DNA from: Candidatus Woesearchaeota archaeon
GTDB taxonomy: Archaea; Nanobdellota; Nanobdellia; Woesearchaeales; GCA-2687795
Direction of reading: 5' to 3'
NCBI GenBank assembly: GCA_002687795.1
Contig: NZBG01000024.1
Span: 4,250 to 68,249 of the forward strand
Length of the DNA: 64,000 bases
Positions 61,044-64,000 of the stretch are shown one piece after another. How positions within the stretch are numbered: the stretch's first letter is position 1; the number at the start of each line of letters is the position of its first letter. The notes under the pieces are model-generated. The model saw nothing but the letters and a program-made list of their open reading frames with translations. It was not told the DNA's origin and made no database searches. Both the position numbers and the translations under genes were made by a program.

Positions 61044-61491
61044 ATGAAAAAAATAATTACAGAAGTCTTATTGGTTATGATTTTAGGGGTCTTTTTGGCG
61101 GGTTGCACTTCAAGCACAAAAACACCCACAGGAAGCGCTGTTGTTAGTGATGATTATATAAGGATCTCTCTCTGAGGTATCATCAAAAATGGAGAAATAT
61201 TCTTTTGATGCTGGAGGTGTAAGAGTAAAGTATTTTGTTGTAAAAGGCACAGACGGCAATGTAAGGACAGCCTTTGATGCCTGTGATGTCTGCGGTGGTT
61301 CGCAAGGATACTCTCAAAGGGGTAGTGATGTAGTATGCAACAAATGCAGCAGAAACTTTAAGATTAATGCTTTGGGCAGTGAAAACCTTGGTGGTGGCTG
61401 CTGGCCATCCTTTTTAGAGCATAAGATTGAGGGAAATAATGTGTTAATAAAGAAATCTGACATAGTGGCAGGAGCTTTTAGGTTTAGATGA
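61044..61491 (+). pseudogene. DUF2318-like Cys4 metal-binding lipoprotein, split by a frameshift in a (TC)4 tract (or sequencing error)
   Basis: MKKIITEVLLVMILGVFLAGCTSS...DDYIRISL(stop 61173-61175). The next frame, open from 61162, reads SLSEVSSKMEKYSFDAGGVRVKYFVVKGTDGNVRTAFDACDVCGGSQGYSQRGSDVVCNKCSRNFKI...GGCWP. Removing 1 nt or adding a TC unit at 61165-61173 fuses the two. Confidence 0.65.
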
Positions 61492-61541
61492 AAGCATTAA
61501 TATAATTAATAGTAAATAAAATAGTCTAATCTATCCAAAAA

Positions 61542-63734
61542 ATGAAAACAACAAACCTCCAAATAACCGGGATGCACTGCGCAAGCTGCGCGACTATAAT
61601 CAATAAATCTTTAACAAAAGCAAAAGGCGTAAAAGAATCTAATGTAAACTTCTCCACAAACAAGGCAACTGTGCTTTTTGATGAAACGCAGCTTTCAGAA
61701 GAAGTTATAATGAAAATAATTGAGGATAAAGGCTATAAAGCCATGCTTAGCACAGGAAAAGATGATTTTAAAAAACAGGAACTTATGCAAAAAGAGGAAA
61801 TCAAAGGTCTAAGAAACAAATTCATTCTAAGCCTTATTTTTGCTATTCCAGCTTTTATTATTGGCATGGTATTCATGTGGCTTGACATAATGGTTCCATA
61901 CCAGGATTATATTCTTTGGTTCTTAGCAACACCTATCCAGTTCTATGTTGGCTGGCAGTTTTATAAGGGAACATGGGCTGCTTTAAAGAACAAGACTGCT
62001 AACATGGATTCGCTTGTTGCTCTTGGCACAAGCGCAGCTTACTTATTCAGCGTCTATGCAGTGTTATTTAAGCCGGAACTTGGCCAGTATTTTGAGACAT
62101 CTGCAATTCTCATAACCTTAGTCATAATGGGTAAGCTCCTTGAAGCCATAGCAAAAGGGAAAACCTCTGAAGCAATCAAAAAGCTTATGGGCTTATCCCC
62201 CAAAACAGCAACAGTAATAAGAAAGGGAAAAGAGATTAAGATAAAGATTGACGATGTTGTTGAAGGAGATATAATCATAGTCAAACCAGGAGAAAAAATT
62301 CCAGTGGATGGAAATATAGTAGAAGGCATTTCATCTGTTGATGAAAGCATGATTACCGGGGAAAGCATGCCGGTTGAAAAGAAGAAAGGTGACATAGTAA
62401 CAGGAGCTACAATCAACAAGCACGGCAGCTTCAGGTTCAAGGCAACAAAAGTTGGAGAAAATACAACATTGTCAAGAATTGTTAAATTAATTGAAGAAGC
62501 CCAAGGAAAAAAGGCTCCAATACAAAGATTTGCTGACGTTGTATCCTCATATTTTGTTCCTGTTGTGATAGGCATATCAATTATAACTTTTTTAACCTGG
62601 TACTTTGGATTTGGCAAAGAGATTCAGTTTGCTTTGATAACCTCAGTAGCAGTCCTTGTTATTGCATGCCCATGCTCTTTAGGTCTTGCAACCCCAACAG
62701 CAATCATGGTAGGAACAGGCAAAGGCGCTAAAAAAGGAATCCTTATCAAAGGCGGAGATGCCCTTGAGACAGCTCACAAGCTAAGTTCCATCATCTTTGA
62801 CAAGACAGGAACAATAACAAAAGGCGTTCCAGAAGTAACAGACATAATGCCAATAAACATAGGCTCTGAAAATAAATTACTTCAACTGGCAGCAAGCATA
62901 GAAAAAAACTCTGAGCATCCTTTGGCAGAAGCTATTGTAAACAAAGCAAAACAGGAAAAGCTGGCTCTTAAAGAGCCTAAAGCTTTCAAGGCAATACCTG
63001 GCCATGGCATAAAAGCAAAACTGAACAGGATCCAATACTACTTTGGCAATGCGAAACTTATGGCTGATAATAAGATTAATATTAAGAAGTTAAAAGCCAA
63101 GATAGAAAGCCTTGAAGAACAGGGAAAGACTGTTATGGTTATCTCAGACAAGAAAAAAGTTCAGGGTATTATAGCTGTTGCAGATACCATCAAGGAAACA
63201 TCAAAAACTGCTGTTAACAAGCTGCAGGATATGAAAATCTTTGTTTATATGATAACAGGCGATAATAAAAGAACCGCTAATGCAATCGCTAAACAAGCTG
63301 GAATAAACCATGTGTTTGCAGAAGTTTTACCAGAGGATAAAGCTAATTATGTAAAGAAGCTTCAGAAAAAAGGAAAGGTTGCGATGGTGGGGGATGGAAT
63401 TAACGATGCTCCTGCATTGGCTCAGGCTGATATTGGAATTGCCATGGGTTCAGGCACAGATGTTGCCATGGAAACAGGCAACATAGTGTTAATGAGAAAC
63501 GATCTTTTAGATGTGCCAAGGTCTATCAAACTAAGCAAATTAACAATGTCAAAGATAAGGCAGAACATGTTCTGGGCATTGTTTTATAACACTTTAGGCA
63601 TACCACTCGCTGCAGGAGTGCTTTACCCTTTCACAGGCTGGCTCCTTTCCCCTATTATAGCGGGAGCAGCAATGGCAATGAGCAGCGTGAGTGTTGTAAG
63701 CAACTCTTTGCTGCTCAAGTATAAGAAGTTATAA
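61542..63734 (+). CDS. copA: Copper-translocating P1B-type ATPase
   Basis: 730 aa. N-terminal [18 protein letters not shown] in [32 protein letters not shown]. Confidence 0.92.
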   Translation: MKTTNLQITGMHCASCATIINKSLTKAKGVKESNVNFSTNKATVLFDETQLSEEVIMKIIEDKGYKAMLSTGKDDFKKQELMQKEEIKGLRNKFILSLIFAIPAFIIGMVFMWLDIMVPYQDYILWFLATPIQFYVGWQFYKGTWAALKNKTANMDSLVALGTSAAYLFSVYAVLFKPELGQYFETSAILITLVIMGKLLEAIAKGKTSEAIKKLMGLSPKTATVIRKGKEIKIKIDDVVEGDIIIVKPGEKIPVDGNIVEGISSVDESMITGESMPVEKKKGDIVTGATINKHGSFRFKATKVGENTTLSRIVKLIEEAQGKKAPIQRFADVVSSYFVPVVIGISIITFLTWYFGFGKEIQFALITSVAVLVIACPCSLGLATPTAIMVGTGKGAKKGILIKGGDALETAHKLSSIIFDKTGTITKGVPEVTDIMPINIGSENKLLQLAASIEKNSEHPLAEAIVNKAKQEKLALKEPKAFKAIPGHGIKAKLNRIQYYFGNAKLMADNKINIKKLKAKIESLEEQGKTVMVISDKKKVQGIIAVADTIKETSKTAVNKLQDMKIFVYMITGDNKRTANAIAKQAGINHVFAEVLPEDKANYVKKLQKKGKVAMVGDGINDAPALAQADIGIAMGSGTDVAMETGNIVLMRNDLLDVPRSIKLSKLTMSKIRQNMFWALFYNTLGIPLAAGVLYPFTGWLLSPIIAGAAMAMSSVSVVSNSLLLKYKKL

Positions 63735-63752
63735 TCCCTATCCTTCTCTCAC

Positions 63753-64000
63753 TTAATCCACTGAAAAATAGAATATGCGCACAAAAAGATAGATTAGGTA
63801 CAACACTATCAAATAAACTCCTCCTCCTTTTCCTAACTTTCCTTTTGTTCTAATCAGGTATAATAACAACAAAGCAGCCGTTATAGTTTCCATTGGTAAG
63901 TCCCAATATATCAATGGCCTTGGCACCCAATATGTGGAGATAAGCGCTCCTCCTCCGATAGCCACCAAAGGATTGGTTATATTGCTTCCAATCAATGTCC
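63753..64000 (-). CDS. Sodium/calcium exchanger (CaCA)-like membrane protein, C-terminal part; gene start lies beyond the right edge
   Basis: GSNITNPLVAIGGGALIS resembles the alpha-2 repeat (GSN..N) of CaCA proteins. The frame stays open to the window end. Confidence 0.45.
   Translation of the reverse strand, partial: TLIGSNITNPLVAIGGGALISTYWVPRPLIYWDLPMETITAALLLLYLIRTKGKLGKGGGVYLIVLYLIYLFVRIFYFSVD

Noticed and set aside
62054-62617. 187-aa minus-strand ORF (and similar ones at 26176-26598, 11933-12484, 16469-16910, 9584-9910)
   Set aside because: All are antisense to strongly supported genes (copA, CaCA, decarboxylase, S2P, ftsZ remnant/cmk) and lack any recognisable motif.
1-64000. Prophage, transposon, integron, toxin-antitoxin or known defence island
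   Set aside because: I recognised no integrase, transposase, capsid/terminase, reverse transcriptase, Cas, restriction-modification or typical TA pair in any frame. The only mobile-element trace is the degenerate homing-endonuclease-like ORF.

Overview
AT-rich, gene-dense archaeal chromosomal window with short gaps and many overlapping stop/start codons. Archaeal hallmarks: PolD DP1 and DP2, Orc1/Cdc6, RadA, aIF5A with deoxyhypusine synthase, diphthine synthase, ribosomal proteins L40e and S6e, GatD, DtdA, RtcB, archaeal-type GlyRS and PheRS-alpha, archaeal cytidylate kinase. I recognised no rRNA, tRNA, CRISPR array, transposase, integrase or known defence system. Few biosynthetic genes, many domain fusions, K/E-rich tails and very large secreted Cys-rich proteins suggest a small-genome (DPANN-like) archaeon; this is inference only. 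Layout: (1) replication module at the left edge, with a candidate oriC next to cdc6-DP1-DP2; (2) housekeeping, translation and transport genes from 3.4 to 43 kb; (3) two translationally coupled genes for secreted, acidic, cysteine-repeat proteins with no domain I can name (44.0-47.8 kb), the most novel-looking element; (4) a thymidylate-synthase-like gene with a long MtrA-like N-terminal extension; (5) a redox gene cluster (HxlR, DUF1858-like, two paralogous CGCPG/QWPIQL Fe-S-type proteins, hemerythrin); (6) a copper and disulfide-bond island (membrane-tethered wHTH regulator, direct-repeat operator candidate, CopZ, HMA-DsbD_2-cupredoxin fusion, His-rich DsbA, Trx-like lipoprotein, DUF2318-like protein, CopA). 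Decay or rearrangement signals: an FtsZ gene cut to about 69 codons, and a head-to-head junction of two 5'-truncated genes, one a LAGLIDADG-like remnant. Four ORFs are split by single-base-type frameshifts at short repeats, which may be assembly errors. All function calls rest on motifs read by eye and remembered family signatures. No database search was run.
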